A stretch of 64,000 bases of DNA, taken from the NCBI GenBank assembly GCA_964420045.1, contig CAYQPQ010000002.1, forward strand, positions 2,979 through 66,978. The letters run 5' to 3'. Origin of the DNA: an uncultured Bdellovibrionales bacterium. GTDB lineage: Bacteria > Patescibacteriota > Minisyncoccia > Moranbacterales > UBA1568. The notes under the pieces were generated by a model. It was not told where the DNA came from, ran no database searches, and saw nothing but the letters and a program-made list of their open reading frames with translations. The position numbers and the translations under genes are program-made. Positions 37,365 through 47,139 of the stretch are shown one piece after another; the stretch's first letter is position 1, and each line of letters begins with the position of its first letter.

Positions 37365-38507
37365 CTATTCGTCAATATCATGAAAATACAGATCGACATC
37401 TTGAATCCATTTCTTTGTGTCCGCCTTATCATGCGAGGAGCAGTCGTAGCCACACTTCCACACCACCATCATCTCTGCCGGCGTATCAACTTTCTCGGTA
37501 TAGATAAGTTTTTCCAGCCGACGAGACACCGTATCAACCGCATCTTTCGGGCTATTGAAACACGTATGCCCTCCCGTCCCCATAAAGCGACGCTTCCCGC
37601 GATATCCCCAGTAATTAAAGCAGTCATGACTCTTCAAGAGCGGCACTCGCTTTCCCCAGGCGCTTTCTTTTTTGGAAATACCGATAAGAAACGCGGCAAC
37701 AATCTTATCTTTCTCCAAGATATAGGGCACCATGTCTTCAATCGGGTATCCGGCAACCATTTCTCGAATTTTCGTTTCGAGCTCTTTCTTCTCTTCAACT
37801 TCTCGAATACTTTCGAGATCTTCCGTCACCTCGGTAACAAATTGATCGTCCAGAGCATGATCGTTCGCACCAAGAACAGCTGGCTCTTCCGGCATCGACG
37901 CTTGGGAACGTTCAAGAGCAACCTTTGCAGCTTTGGGAGATTCTCCCTGCGCAAGCGCTTGCTCTCCAAAATACCGATAGAGAAGCGCGGTCAGCATTGC
38001 ACCGAGGAAGATCGCCCCCACAAGCGATGCTCGCAGAGCATACTGCGGGGAAAGAGAAAACCAAGCGCCGGTTTTCACAAGGATGTTCTCAAGCATGCGA
38101 AACCTCCGCGCGCACCTCTCCCCAAAAGACACCGGTCGAACAGATTCAAGCCCGACATACTGAGAGGCACGCGGACGAATATCATCAACAGGACGCCGAT
38201 GTCGACCCGAAGACGCTGCTATTTTTGAACGCTGGTGATAGGCAATGCGGCTTCCACGAAAGAACACTGTTGACTCAAGCGGCTTCTCAGCGAAGCCTCG
38301 CGAAGAACACGTGCTCGATTGAACAACCGGGGATGCTGGTTGTTTTGGAACACCGTCAACGCATACTCGTCTCCGCATGCGTTGCAATGAGTATGAAGAT
38401 ACATCCATGATATCAGTTCTATTGAATGCCCGCCTTCTCCTTGAAGAACTTCTCCGCGTCCGGACCACCAACAAAGCATTTCCCTTCAGCCCATACAAAA
38501 GGCACAC
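37365..38507 (-). CDS. Membrane-anchored paralog of the previous gene with the same C-terminal domain
   Basis: ...AAFLIGISKKESAWGKRVPLLKSHDCFNYWGYRGK...VVWKCGYDCSSHDKADTKKWIQDV parallels the 36619-37314 product. Confidence 0.35.
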   Translation of the reverse strand: MCLLYGLKGNALLVVRTRRSSSRRRRAFNRTDIMDVSSYSLQRMRRRVCVDGVPKQPASPVVQSSTCSSRGFAEKPLESTVFFRGSRIAYHQRSKIAASSGRHRRPVDDIRPRASQYVGLESVRPVSFGERCARRFRMLENILVKTGAWFSLSPQYALRASLVGAIFLGAMLTALLYRYFGEQALAQGESPKAAKVALERSQASMPEEPAVLGANDHALDDQFVTEVTEDLESIREVEEKKELETKIREMVAGYPIEDMVPYILEKDKIVAAFLIGISKKESAWGKRVPLLKSHDCFNYWGYRGKRRFMGTGGHTCFNSPKDAVDTVSRRLEKLIYTEKVDTPAEMMVVWKCGYDCSSHDKADTKKWIQDVDLYFHDIDE

Positions 38508-38820
38508 CCATACCGGATTTCTCTATGCCACATTCATCCGCACGCTTTTGCATTTCACTGGAATTCCTCGGATTATGCCACACTTCTTTCTTGGCAAATG
38601 AAACCTTTTCGGCTATATCGTTCTCTTCAAGAAATTTCTCGAGATCTTTGCAGTGCGGACATTCTTTTCCGTAGTAGTATACTATCGGCGAATTCGGATC
38701 GCCGGAATCATCCGTTGATGGAGCGCTTGCCGACGGAGCACTCAGAACACCCCACACAATGAGCCCGAGGACACCTGCCACAAGAGCGCACACAAGGATC
38801 ACTTTTGTATATCGCGCCAT
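38419..38820 (-). CDS. Membrane-anchored glutaredoxin/thioredoxin-fold protein (CPHC active site)
   Basis: A transmembrane helix precedes ...IVYYYGKECPHCKDLEKFLEEN...VPFVWAEGKCFVGG, a glutaredoxin-like fold. Confidence 0.7.
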   Translation of the reverse strand: MARYTKVILVCALVAGVLGLIVWGVLSAPSASAPSTDDSGDPNSPIVYYYGKECPHCKDLEKFLEENDIAEKVSFAKKEVWHNPRNSSEMQKRADECGIEKSGMGVPFVWAEGKCFVGGPDAEKFFKEKAGIQ

Positions 38821-38839
38821 AGACGTCTGGGTAAAGAAA

Positions 38840-39685
38840 TTACTCCGTACGAGGGAGTATAGCATTTTTGCCACTCCTTATCCACAAGAGCAACGCGCCG
38901 GAAACACAGAGCACACACAAAGAAAGAAGCTGTCCCAAAGTAAACACGCCGGCAATAAAACCAATTTGGGAGTCCGGCGCGCGAAAATACTCGAGCAAAA
39001 AGCGAATCCCCCCATATGCACCAAGTGCCCAAACGAAGAGTTGCCCGGGAGACCGGAGGCGCTTTGAAAGCAGCGTGAGCACACACCACAGCAGCAAGCC
39101 CTCGCCAACCGCTTCATAGAGTTGTGATGGATGGTGGAGCAGTCCATCAGCCGCATGAGGAAATACCATACCCCATGGCACGGATGTCACGCGACCGAAG
39201 AGCTCTCCTGCAAGAAAGTTCCCTATGCGCCCGAAGAAAATCGCAAGAGGAAGAGACCACGCGACACTGTCGAGCAATACCCATACTGACTTCCCATATC
39301 GCCAAGAAAAAAGAATAACGGCAGATGTCATGCCAAGTATTCCCCCATGCGCACTCATGCCGGCAATGCCCGTCCAAGCGCCCGTCTCAATACTAAACGG
39401 GGAAACAATCGCAATCGGATGAGCGGCGAAGAAAGCCACATTGTAGAACAGAACATATCCGAGACGAGCCCCGAGAATCGTCCCAGCAAGAAGATACAGA
39501 GAGAAATCCAGAAACTCGCCCGAAGACAACAATGCAGGAACAGACCGACAAAGTGCCTTCCAAAGAAAAAGGAGCGAGAAAACCGCTCCACACAAAAAAG
39601 CAATACCGTACCAAGAAAGAGAAAAGACGCCGAAGGAAAGAGCAATCGGGTCAATGTGTTCCGGAATGCGCTGCCACCATGACAT
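38840..39685 (-). CDS. lgt: Prolipoprotein diacylglyceryl transferase
   Basis: The Lgt signature FGRIGNFLAGELFG is followed by ...PWGMVFPH...HPSQLYEA..., in a multi-pass membrane protein. Confidence 0.88.
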   Translation of the reverse strand: MSWWQRIPEHIDPIALSFGVFSLSWYGIAFLCGAVFSLLFLWKALCRSVPALLSSGEFLDFSLYLLAGTILGARLGYVLFYNVAFFAAHPIAIVSPFSIETGAWTGIAGMSAHGGILGMTSAVILFSWRYGKSVWVLLDSVAWSLPLAIFFGRIGNFLAGELFGRVTSVPWGMVFPHAADGLLHHPSQLYEAVGEGLLLWCVLTLLSKRLRSPGQLFVWALGAYGGIRFLLEYFRAPDSQIGFIAGVFTLGQLLSLCVLCVSGALLLWIRSGKNAILPRTE

Positions 39686-40758
39686 TATGTTGATCCATTT
39701 TGATTGTAGGTCTCGAGATCAATTTTGAACTCGCGGACATATATCCGCATCAATGCCAAAAAGAATGAAACGAGAAGCGGACCGAGCAGGAGTCCGATAA
39801 TGCCGAACAACGCAATACCGCCAAGCGTTGAAAAAAACACGAGAAGCGGATGAATCTGCGTATCTCGACCAACAAGTTTCGGGCGAACCACATTATCCAC
39901 CGTCGAGACAATGCCCACACCGAACGCAAGCAGAAATATCCCGTGCCACACATCCCCCGAAAAGAAGAGCCATAGCCCCATCGGAAGCCAAACAATACCC
40001 GACCCAACCGCCGGAATAAGCGAGAAAAATCCCATAACCGCACCCCAAATGGCGGGCGAGGACACCCCGGCAACAGCAACTCCGATACCGCCGATAACTC
40101 CTTGCAACAAAGCAATGGCAAGGGATCCTCGAATGACCGCGCGACTCATGGAGGCGAAATCCCGCATAAGTTCCTCATCGTCCCGATCCGAAAGAGGGCT
40201 CACATGCTTCATAAGACGAACAACGCGATCACCGTCGATGAGAAAATAAAACAAAGCGAAGAACATCGCGAATATCCACAAGACAAGCCCCGCAACACTC
40301 ACGTAAAGCGCCTGGAGAAAAGAAATAAGCGCGCCGCTCCCGCCGACGATATTCCCTGCAATATCAGCGAAGCGAACATTCTTTTCCGACAAGTATTCGC
40401 CGACAACGGGCAGATTCGACAGCCACGTCTGCACCGACCCCATCAACTCTCCAAACGAGTGATTCTCCGACGAAAGAGATGCAAGCGCACTCGTCGCCTC
40501 ACCGGCAACCAATGTCGCGAGCATGAGAATCGGGATAATAACCAGAAATGCCACTAGCAACAAAACACTCGCCGCACTCAACCCCTTTCGACCGCCGAAA
40601 ACTCGAAGAAAGAATTGATACTTCCCAAAGAAGAGCGTCGCCAAAACCGCAGCAACAAGCAGTGCTGTCAAAAAAGGTTGCATTACAAAAAACACCGCCA
40701 CGCCCGTTATGAGAAGGACGCAGAAGAAAAAGATAGTATTGAAGTAAGGAATGCGCAT
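39685..40758 (-). CDS. AI-2E family transporter (UPF0118/PerM-like)
   Basis: Eight transmembrane helices are present, and the C-terminal conserved region ...FSLIPAVGSGIVWLPMGLWLFFSGDVWHGIFLLAFGVGIVSTVDNVVRPKL is characteristic of the family. Confidence 0.8.
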   Translation of the reverse strand: MRIPYFNTIFFFCVLLITGVAVFFVMQPFLTALLVAAVLATLFFGKYQFFLRVFGGRKGLSAASVLLLVAFLVIIPILMLATLVAGEATSALASLSSENHSFGELMGSVQTWLSNLPVVGEYLSEKNVRFADIAGNIVGGSGALISFLQALYVSVAGLVLWIFAMFFALFYFLIDGDRVVRLMKHVSPLSDRDDEELMRDFASMSRAVIRGSLAIALLQGVIGGIGVAVAGVSSPAIWGAVMGFFSLIPAVGSGIVWLPMGLWLFFSGDVWHGIFLLAFGVGIVSTVDNVVRPKLVGRDTQIHPLLVFFSTLGGIALFGIIGLLLGPLLVSFFLALMRIYVREFKIDLETYNQNGST

Positions 40759-40784
40759 GTTGTGAGTATAACACACTGCTTGCC

Positions 40785-41945
40785 TTAGCCTGCAAACACC
40801 GTTTCCTTCGAAAACTCAGCGAATCTATGTTGACCCGACAGAACTTGCGCATTAACGAAGAGCATTGGCACGCCACGGACGCATTCTCTCCTATGAGGCA
40901 GGCGCACCGACACTTCCAAACCGTATCGATCCCGAAACCATTGCTTTATACCAGCGCGCGTATTGTGCGATGCTGGCACAAAAAACGGCGTATACGAAGT
41001 TTTCAGAGATGAAAAATACTTGCGGTGATCCTCATGCAAAGTCACTTCAACCCGAGCATCCTTCCAGTCAAACCGTTCAGAGCCGCCATACGATTTCCTG
41101 TTCTGTATTTTTGATTTCTGTTTCCCTTCGGCCTGCCGCGCATTCTCACGCGATCCATGCTCCCTATAATACCGACACTGCTTTTGAAGCGGACACGCCG
41201 CACACTTCGGCTTTCCCACGCACATCGCGCTCCCAAAATCCATCAGTGCCGCATTCAAAACCTTTGCCGACAAGGAAAATTCCCGCCCAATACGATTCAT
41301 ATGCTGCCATTCGGTATTCCCGCGACTCAACACCGTTCTTTTTTTGAGACGCTTCGCTTCCAAATTTCCCGATTTCGAATTCGCGCTTTCCGAGTGCCAA
41401 TCACCCACACTCTTGGTCCCAAAGAAGAATCTCCCAACAACTCGACGAAGATTTGTATCCCACGCGAGGTATTCCTCGCCATGCGCAAAACTCGCAATCG
41501 CACTCGCCGTATACGTTCCGACACCGGGCAACTTTTGGAGCGCTGTAATATCATTCGGAAATTCCCCGCCGAATTCATCAACCACCATTCGTGCTGTCCG
41601 GAGCATGTTTCTCCCGCGCGCATAGTACCCGAGTCCGGCATAATACGGCAGGAATTCTTCCCACGACGCCCGCGCCAAACTTTCAACAGTCGGAAAGCAC
41701 TCCAAAAACTTTTCGTAATACGAAATAACACGAGACACCTGCGTCTGCTGCAACATAATCTCCGACACCCAGACTTCATATGCTGAAATTCCCTCCCGCC
41801 GCCACGGCAAATGCTCCCGCCCAGCTTTTTCGAAGAAATCGAGGAGAGTAGATTCAAAAAAGCGAAGTTTTTCCGAAGAAATATTTGTAGGTAAACCTTT
41901 CATAAACGTGAGGGATATTCTATCATAAAGCCGTAACCTTTTCAC
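40785..41945 (-). CDS. mutY: A/G-specific adenine DNA glycosylase (MutY family)
   Basis: The HhH-GPD region is ...VWVSEIMLQQTQVSRV...LPGVGTYTASAIASFA..., followed by the [4Fe-4S] cluster loop CVGKPKCAACPLQKQC and a C-terminal NUDIX-like domain. Confidence 0.8.
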   Translation of the reverse strand: MKRLRLYDRISLTFMKGLPTNISSEKLRFFESTLLDFFEKAGREHLPWRREGISAYEVWVSEIMLQQTQVSRVISYYEKFLECFPTVESLARASWEEFLPYYAGLGYYARGRNMLRTARMVVDEFGGEFPNDITALQKLPGVGTYTASAIASFAHGEEYLAWDTNLRRVVGRFFFGTKSVGDWHSESANSKSGNLEAKRLKKRTVLSRGNTEWQHMNRIGREFSLSAKVLNAALMDFGSAMCVGKPKCAACPLQKQCRYYREHGSRENARQAEGKQKSKIQNRKSYGGSERFDWKDARVEVTLHEDHRKYFSSLKTSYTPFFVPASHNTRAGIKQWFRDRYGLEVSVRLPHRRECVRGVPMLFVNAQVLSGQHRFAEFSKETVFAG

Positions 41946-41947
41946 TC

Positions 41948-42976
41948 TTGATTATGGGATTAGAAAACATGCCAACTTCATCCGATTCGGAAACATATCT
42001 TTCTCGACATGAGAAGAACATTGAGAAAAAACGCGAAGCATTCGCTCGAGAAACAGAAGAAAGATCGAAGGCGCTCAGTATTTCACCAGAAGAATATACT
42101 GATGCTTATGCGCGAAACGAAAAGAACGATCGAGAACGAATGAGCAAGAGGAGCAGCAAAACAGTAAAAAGAATGTTTGAAATCGGAAACATTGTTGGAG
42201 AAGAGAAAAATATTGGGCTACATGATCGAACAGAACTTCAATATAAAAGCGACGAACTCGAGCGTCAAAATAACGAGCTCGAGCGTCAAAAAGAGCTTGC
42301 CGATCATGATTCTCTGACAGGACTTTTGAGTCGCCGTGCATTCGAAGAAGAAGTAGCAAAGAGACAAGCAGTTATACAGAGACTCGAGAACTCAGAAGAA
42401 TACGCGGGAACTGATCATCGAAAAGATCGAAGGAAAGAAAAGCCGCCATATTACTCTCTATTGTTTATAGACGCCGATCACTTCAAATCCGTCAATGACA
42501 CCTATGGACATAGCGTGGGCGACAAAGTACTCCAAGAGATAGCCCGTACACTTCAAGAAAAATTGCGCGCAAAGGACACCATCAATACACTCATTGCCCG
42601 ATGGGGAGGTGAAGAGATAGTCGCTATTGTCCAAGCAGATATTGATACTACATGCTCTATCGCGGAACGTATCCGAGAAGCAATTGAAGAAAAAGTGTTC
42701 GAGGAAATGCCCAAACGAAAAGTCACCGTAAGTATAGGTGTTGCTCCGTACAACAAAGACCTCGCACATCACATCAAAACCGCAGACATGGCTGTTTATG
42801 CCGCAAAAGGCGATATTTCATCATCTCAGAAAATTGGAAATGAACTGAGCGCATCCGGACTTGATATTTCCATACAACACCCAGGGATATCAGAAACCCG
42901 CAATCAAATATGGTTTGTGAAAGATGGGACGCTCTCGAAATTCAAACCAAAGAAACCAGAGGTGTCTGAATCTTGA
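41948..42976 (+). CDS. GGDEF-domain protein (diguanylate cyclase-like) with an N-terminal coiled coil; the active-site motif reads GGEEI
   Basis: DSLTGLLSRRAFEEE...LLFIDADHFKSVNDTYGHSVGDKVL...RWGGEEIVAIV is a GGDEF fold in which the signature Phe is replaced by Ile. Confidence 0.75.
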   Translation: MIMGLENMPTSSDSETYLSRHEKNIEKKREAFARETEERSKALSISPEEYTDAYARNEKNDRERMSKRSSKTVKRMFEIGNIVGEEKNIGLHDRTELQYKSDELERQNNELERQKELADHDSLTGLLSRRAFEEEVAKRQAVIQRLENSEEYAGTDHRKDRRKEKPPYYSLLFIDADHFKSVNDTYGHSVGDKVLQEIARTLQEKLRAKDTINTLIARWGGEEIVAIVQADIDTTCSIAERIREAIEEKVFEEMPKRKVTVSIGVAPYNKDLAHHIKTADMAVYAAKGDISSSQKIGNELSASGLDISIQHPGISETRNQIWFVKDGTLSKFKPKKPEVSES

Positions 42977-43043
42977 TTTTGGGATTTCCCCGATTATCTA
43001 TTATCTATCCATCGCATCATAGTCACCAGACTAATCATGTGAA

Positions 43044-44144
43044 TCAGAGAACAGATATTACCCCTCCCCCCAAGCACATTTCCCCATCATAGAACACTGC
43101 GAATTGTCCGGGCGCAATGCCGGGTTGAGATTCATCGAGATATACGCGCCACCCATTATTGCGAAGCAAGCGAATACGACACGGGTATCGCGATTCCCCA
43201 TGGCGGATTTTCACTTCGAAAGTTCTTTCTTGTGGTGCCACTCCGGCAATCCAATTCATATTTTCGATATCAAATGTCTTCCGCGATCCTTCCGCGCCGC
43301 GCCAGGCATTGGAAACGAACACTTCATTCTTCGCAGCATCCTTCCCCACCACAAACCACGGTCCGCCGGAAAGTTTCACGCCTTTTCGCTGTCCGATCGT
43401 GAAATACCAAAAGCCATCGTGCTCGCCGACCTTTCTCCCGGTTTCGTATTCGATAAGGTCGCCGCGCTTCGTGCCAAGATAGTGCCGCAAGAATTCATCA
43501 AACCGAACCTTTCCCAAAAAGCAAATGCCCTGACTGTCTTTTCGCTTCGCATTCGACAAACCGAATTCTTGCGCCAATTCTCGCACGAGATTCTTCTGAT
43601 ACCCGCCAATCGGAAAGATCGCTCGCGAAAGCTGCGCCTGCGAAAGCTGTGAGAGAAAATACGTTTGATCTTTCACTAGGTCAGGTGAACACAGAAGTTT
43701 CGTTTTTCCCCGAACGAGTTTCGTTTGCGCATAGTGCCCCGTCGCAACACGATCAAAAGACGTCTGCGCCAGCGTCTCAAGAAATGCGCCAAATTTCACC
43801 CGCGGATTGCAGAGCATGTCGGGGTTCGGCGTCCGCCCGAGGCGAACCTCGTTGAGCACATACGACACCACTCGCGTCCAATACTCCTTCTGAAGCGCCA
43901 CCACCGTAAGCGGCACACCGAGCTTCGCACACACCGCTCGCACATATCGCAAATCCTCTTCCCACGGGCATTCCCCCAAAAACGACACCTCATCCTCAAG
44001 CCAAATCTTGAGATAAAATGCATGGACATCATGTCCAGCACGCTTCAGCAATGCCAAAGAAACGGAGCTGTCCACCCCACCCGAAACCAATACCGCAATT
44101 TTTTCCTTCCGTAGAATTGAATGTAACATTCCCACTACACACAA
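43044..44144 (-). CDS. mnmA: tRNA-specific 2-thiouridylase MnmA
   Basis: The PP-loop is IAVLVSGGVDSSV, followed by ...VATGHYAQ... and MnmA catalytic cysteines. Confidence 0.88.
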   Translation of the reverse strand: MCVVGMLHSILRKEKIAVLVSGGVDSSVSLALLKRAGHDVHAFYLKIWLEDEVSFLGECPWEEDLRYVRAVCAKLGVPLTVVALQKEYWTRVVSYVLNEVRLGRTPNPDMLCNPRVKFGAFLETLAQTSFDRVATGHYAQTKLVRGKTKLLCSPDLVKDQTYFLSQLSQAQLSRAIFPIGGYQKNLVRELAQEFGLSNAKRKDSQGICFLGKVRFDEFLRHYLGTKRGDLIEYETGRKVGEHDGFWYFTIGQRKGVKLSGGPWFVVGKDAAKNEVFVSNAWRGAEGSRKTFDIENMNWIAGVAPQERTFEVKIRHGESRYPCRIRLLRNNGWRVYLDESQPGIAPGQFAVFYDGEMCLGGGVISVL

Positions 44145-44165
44145 AATAAACCTTCAATATCCTTA

Positions 44166-45443
44166 CTACCCAAACATTGCATACTCGGCGCACCAGACGG
44201 CGATGCCGGCGATGTAGCCGAAGAGTGCCGGGACAAATGCTTTGTCGAAATAATTTCGAAATGAAAGATCCTTGATCATGCCCATCGCGACAACACCCGC
44301 CGCCGACCCGATCACAAGAAGCGACCCGCCCGTTCCCGCGGTGAGCGCGAGCAATACCCATATCGCCGGGTGATGGCTCGCCACAATATCGATCGCGGCG
44401 GCGGTCAATGGAATATTATCAACAACCGCGGAGAGAATGCCGAGCGATGTATTCCCGGCAACAAGCCGCCACGTCTCCGGATTCGACCCAAATATCGCCG
44501 CAGAAATATCAGCAAGTACTCCCAAATGCCGAAGCGCGCCAACCGCGAGGAGAATACCAACAAAGAACAAAATACTTGCGTAGTCGACGCTTTTCAAAAG
44601 GCGCTCTATATCGGCGGCAAGGTGCGTCTTCGGATGCCTCGCGATTCTTGCAAAAAACGCGATAGCGATACCCGTTGTTCCAAGCCCCAAGAGAAGTCCC
44701 ATATACGGAGGAAGTCCGAAGAAATGCGAGACAAGCGGAAGCGAGAAAGACAACAAAGCAAGTGACACAATGATACGTTCCGACCGCGTCAACCGAAACG
44801 ACTCCTGCTCGGATTCCTCACTATCAATCGTATCGCGCACAATGCGTCGCGAAAGAAATGCGACACTTATCAACAGAATCGCGAAAGATGGCAAAAATCC
44901 CCATACCAAAATATTCTCAGCAGAAAACTTCCCGGCAAGCCACAGCATAATAGTCGTAATATCACCTATCGGAGAGAACGCACCCCCCGCATTGGCGGCA
45001 ATCACGATAGCAGCCGCAACAACCAAGAGATTATTCCCTCGAAAGAATCGCCGCGCAATTTGAACCATGACAATAGTCGTAGTCAAGTTGTCGATAATCG
45101 CAGAAAGAAAAAACGCCACCGACGCCAAGAGCCAGATCTGCCCGGAGTCTGTCAGATGGAAACGCTGAATCTTCATCCGAACAAAATCAAAAAACCGATA
45201 GTGAATAAGAATCTCCACCAGCGTCATAGCCGCCAAGAGGAATGCAACCAATTCAAACACTTCCCGTCCAATTTCACCCAGAACGTCCTCCAAATTTCGC
45301 TCACCGGAAAAGACAGCGATAATCGCCCAGAGCGAAGCTCCTAGAAAAAGTGCGGTGTGCGTCTTGTGCACATGCCAGCGATGCTCCATAACAATCGCCG
45401 CATACCCAAACACAAAAACCGCACACACGAGAGAAATCAACAT
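44166..45443 (-). CDS. ArsB/NhaD-superfamily ion transporter (NhaD-type Na+/H+ antiporter-like)
   Basis: About 12 transmembrane helices are present, with conserved SAIIDNLTTTIVM and AVVDNIPLTAAAI re-entrant motifs typical of NhaD/CitMHS transporters. Confidence 0.65.
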   Translation of the reverse strand: MLISLVCAVFVFGYAAIVMEHRWHVHKTHTALFLGASLWAIIAVFSGERNLEDVLGEIGREVFELVAFLLAAMTLVEILIHYRFFDFVRMKIQRFHLTDSGQIWLLASVAFFLSAIIDNLTTTIVMVQIARRFFRGNNLLVVAAAIVIAANAGGAFSPIGDITTIMLWLAGKFSAENILVWGFLPSFAILLISVAFLSRRIVRDTIDSEESEQESFRLTRSERIIVSLALLSFSLPLVSHFFGLPPYMGLLLGLGTTGIAIAFFARIARHPKTHLAADIERLLKSVDYASILFFVGILLAVGALRHLGVLADISAAIFGSNPETWRLVAGNTSLGILSAVVDNIPLTAAAIDIVASHHPAIWVLLALTAGTGGSLLVIGSAAGVVAMGMIKDLSFRNYFDKAFVPALFGYIAGIAVWCAEYAMFG

Positions 45444-45641
45444 AGACAGACCAGAAAAAAATAAAAGACTCCGCCACAGCGCAACCGAATCCCAGCATAC
45501 CCCGGCTGGTCAATTTTGACAATGCTTTCTGAATACTTCTGAACAAAAAGAAAAGAACCGGCACAAACCGGCGCTTTTCTTCGATATTCCGAGGACAATA
45601 CGTACTATCAAAACGCGAACATTTCCGGAGAAGTCAGCTAA

Positions 45642-46646
45642 CTAGGAATTGGACTCGCTTTCAGATTCGGTAGTTCCAAATGCCGCTTTCAAATCAGCGC
45701 GAGCCTGCTCCATCGCCAATTTGAACTCCGAAAGTGCTGTAGCAAAAGATGTCTTCTTCGCTTCAGCAAGCGACCTCACCTGCTCACCCACCGTATCTGC
45801 ATCCTTTCGCTCGCTCCCCATACTCGCCCGAGCCGCCTTGAGACTCGCTTGCAGTGTCTCGCGAACCGTCACCGGATCAGTCCCTGATTCACAACCACTC
45901 TTTGCCGTCGCAAATGCCGCATCAACAGCAGTCTTGAATGTCGCTAAACTCGAATCAACCGTAGTTTTCTTGCTACCGATCGCCGCATCAACTCCGGTAC
46001 GGAACGCTTCAATCGCCGCATCAACCGCTTGCTTTCGATTGGCAACCGCCGTTTCCACCGCCGCCTTAAACGCAGCTACGGCCGCTTGCTTCTTCGTATC
46101 ATCTCCTGCTCGTTCAAGCAGCTTCGCATACATTTCCTCGCGCTTCATGTCGCGCTCATTGCGGTTCGTCTCAAGCGTCGCATCACGCTCATCGCGATTC
46201 TCATCAAAAACATTTCGTCGAGTCGCTTTCCGATTCATGATAGTCTTCTGAGCATCTCCCAAGCGCTGACTCAACTTCTCATTCCGCTCAACCATAGTCG
46301 TGCACAGATTCTGCTGTCGCTCCGACATATTCTCTTCTCTCTGCGCCTTGCGATCCTCAGCATTTCCTTCCATAAAAGCGCGCTTCTGCATGCTATCATT
46401 CTCAACCTGCAGCTTCCGCTCCGTTGCAAGATCATGCGCCCGCACCCACGGAGTTTTCCTGTCGCTAGCACTCTTATCAGTGACATCACCTTCATTGGCA
46501 TCACCACTGTTGCTGTTACTATTTTCGATCGCGTCGCTTTCGGAGTTTTCATCGGCATGCGCCAGAAACATTCCTCCTGCAAGAAGTACACCAACAAACA
46601 CGGGGAGGGCAGCGCCAAAAAGAAATTTATTGTTGCGTAACATCAT
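45642..46646 (-). CDS. Secreted coiled-coil repeat protein of unknown function
   Basis: A signal peptide is followed by alanine-rich repeats (AAVETAVANRKQAVDAAIEAFRTGVDAAIG...). Confidence 0.45.
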   Translation of the reverse strand: MMLRNNKFLFGAALPVFVGVLLAGGMFLAHADENSESDAIENSNSNSGDANEGDVTDKSASDRKTPWVRAHDLATERKLQVENDSMQKRAFMEGNAEDRKAQREENMSERQQNLCTTMVERNEKLSQRLGDAQKTIMNRKATRRNVFDENRDERDATLETNRNERDMKREEMYAKLLERAGDDTKKQAAVAAFKAAVETAVANRKQAVDAAIEAFRTGVDAAIGSKKTTVDSSLATFKTAVDAAFATAKSGCESGTDPVTVRETLQASLKAARASMGSERKDADTVGEQVRSLAEAKKTSFATALSEFKLAMEQARADLKAAFGTTESESESNS

Positions 46647-46986
46647 AAGAGTTTGTTATATCATCAACAGTTTGCACATTTTCTTTTGCCGATTGCATCT
46701 CGCCATTCGCTTCATCGTCGAGCGCCGACGTGCCGGCATCATTTTTCAAAATATCATCAACAACAGTATCCGGTGTTGCCGGGGTTGATTCGCTTTTCTG
46801 CATCATTGCCTCCCCCGCAGGAGAAGCACTCGACGGCGTCGGAGCCGTTGGAGGCGCAGGCATTCTCACAGACGGCTCGTCCATCGGAGTAGCATTCCGA
46901 TCGGCAAACTGCCGATAGATAAACGCAAACGAGATAATCAAAAGACCAACGCCGACCGCCACGGCGATTTTTTGTTTTTCCGTCAT
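46627..46986 (-). CDS. Small membrane-anchored hypothetical protein
   Basis: An N-terminal transmembrane helix (IAVAVGVGLLIISFAFIY) is followed by a low-complexity tail. Confidence 0.35.
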   Translation of the reverse strand: MTEKQKIAVAVGVGLLIISFAFIYRQFADRNATPMDEPSVRMPAPPTAPTPSSASPAGEAMMQKSESTPATPDTVVDDILKNDAGTSALDDEANGEMQSAKENVQTVDDITNSYDVTQQ

Positions 46987-47139
46987 AACGACTTCTTTTC
47001 AAAAGAATTAAAAGTGCCTTCATTGTACCATGACACTCGACAGAAAGAAAAAGCGGTTTACACAAATGGCCATTCGCCACCAGCATAAACCGCATTGGAA
47101 AATATCGAGAGAGTACCCCTCCCGAAGCTCAATCTTCAT

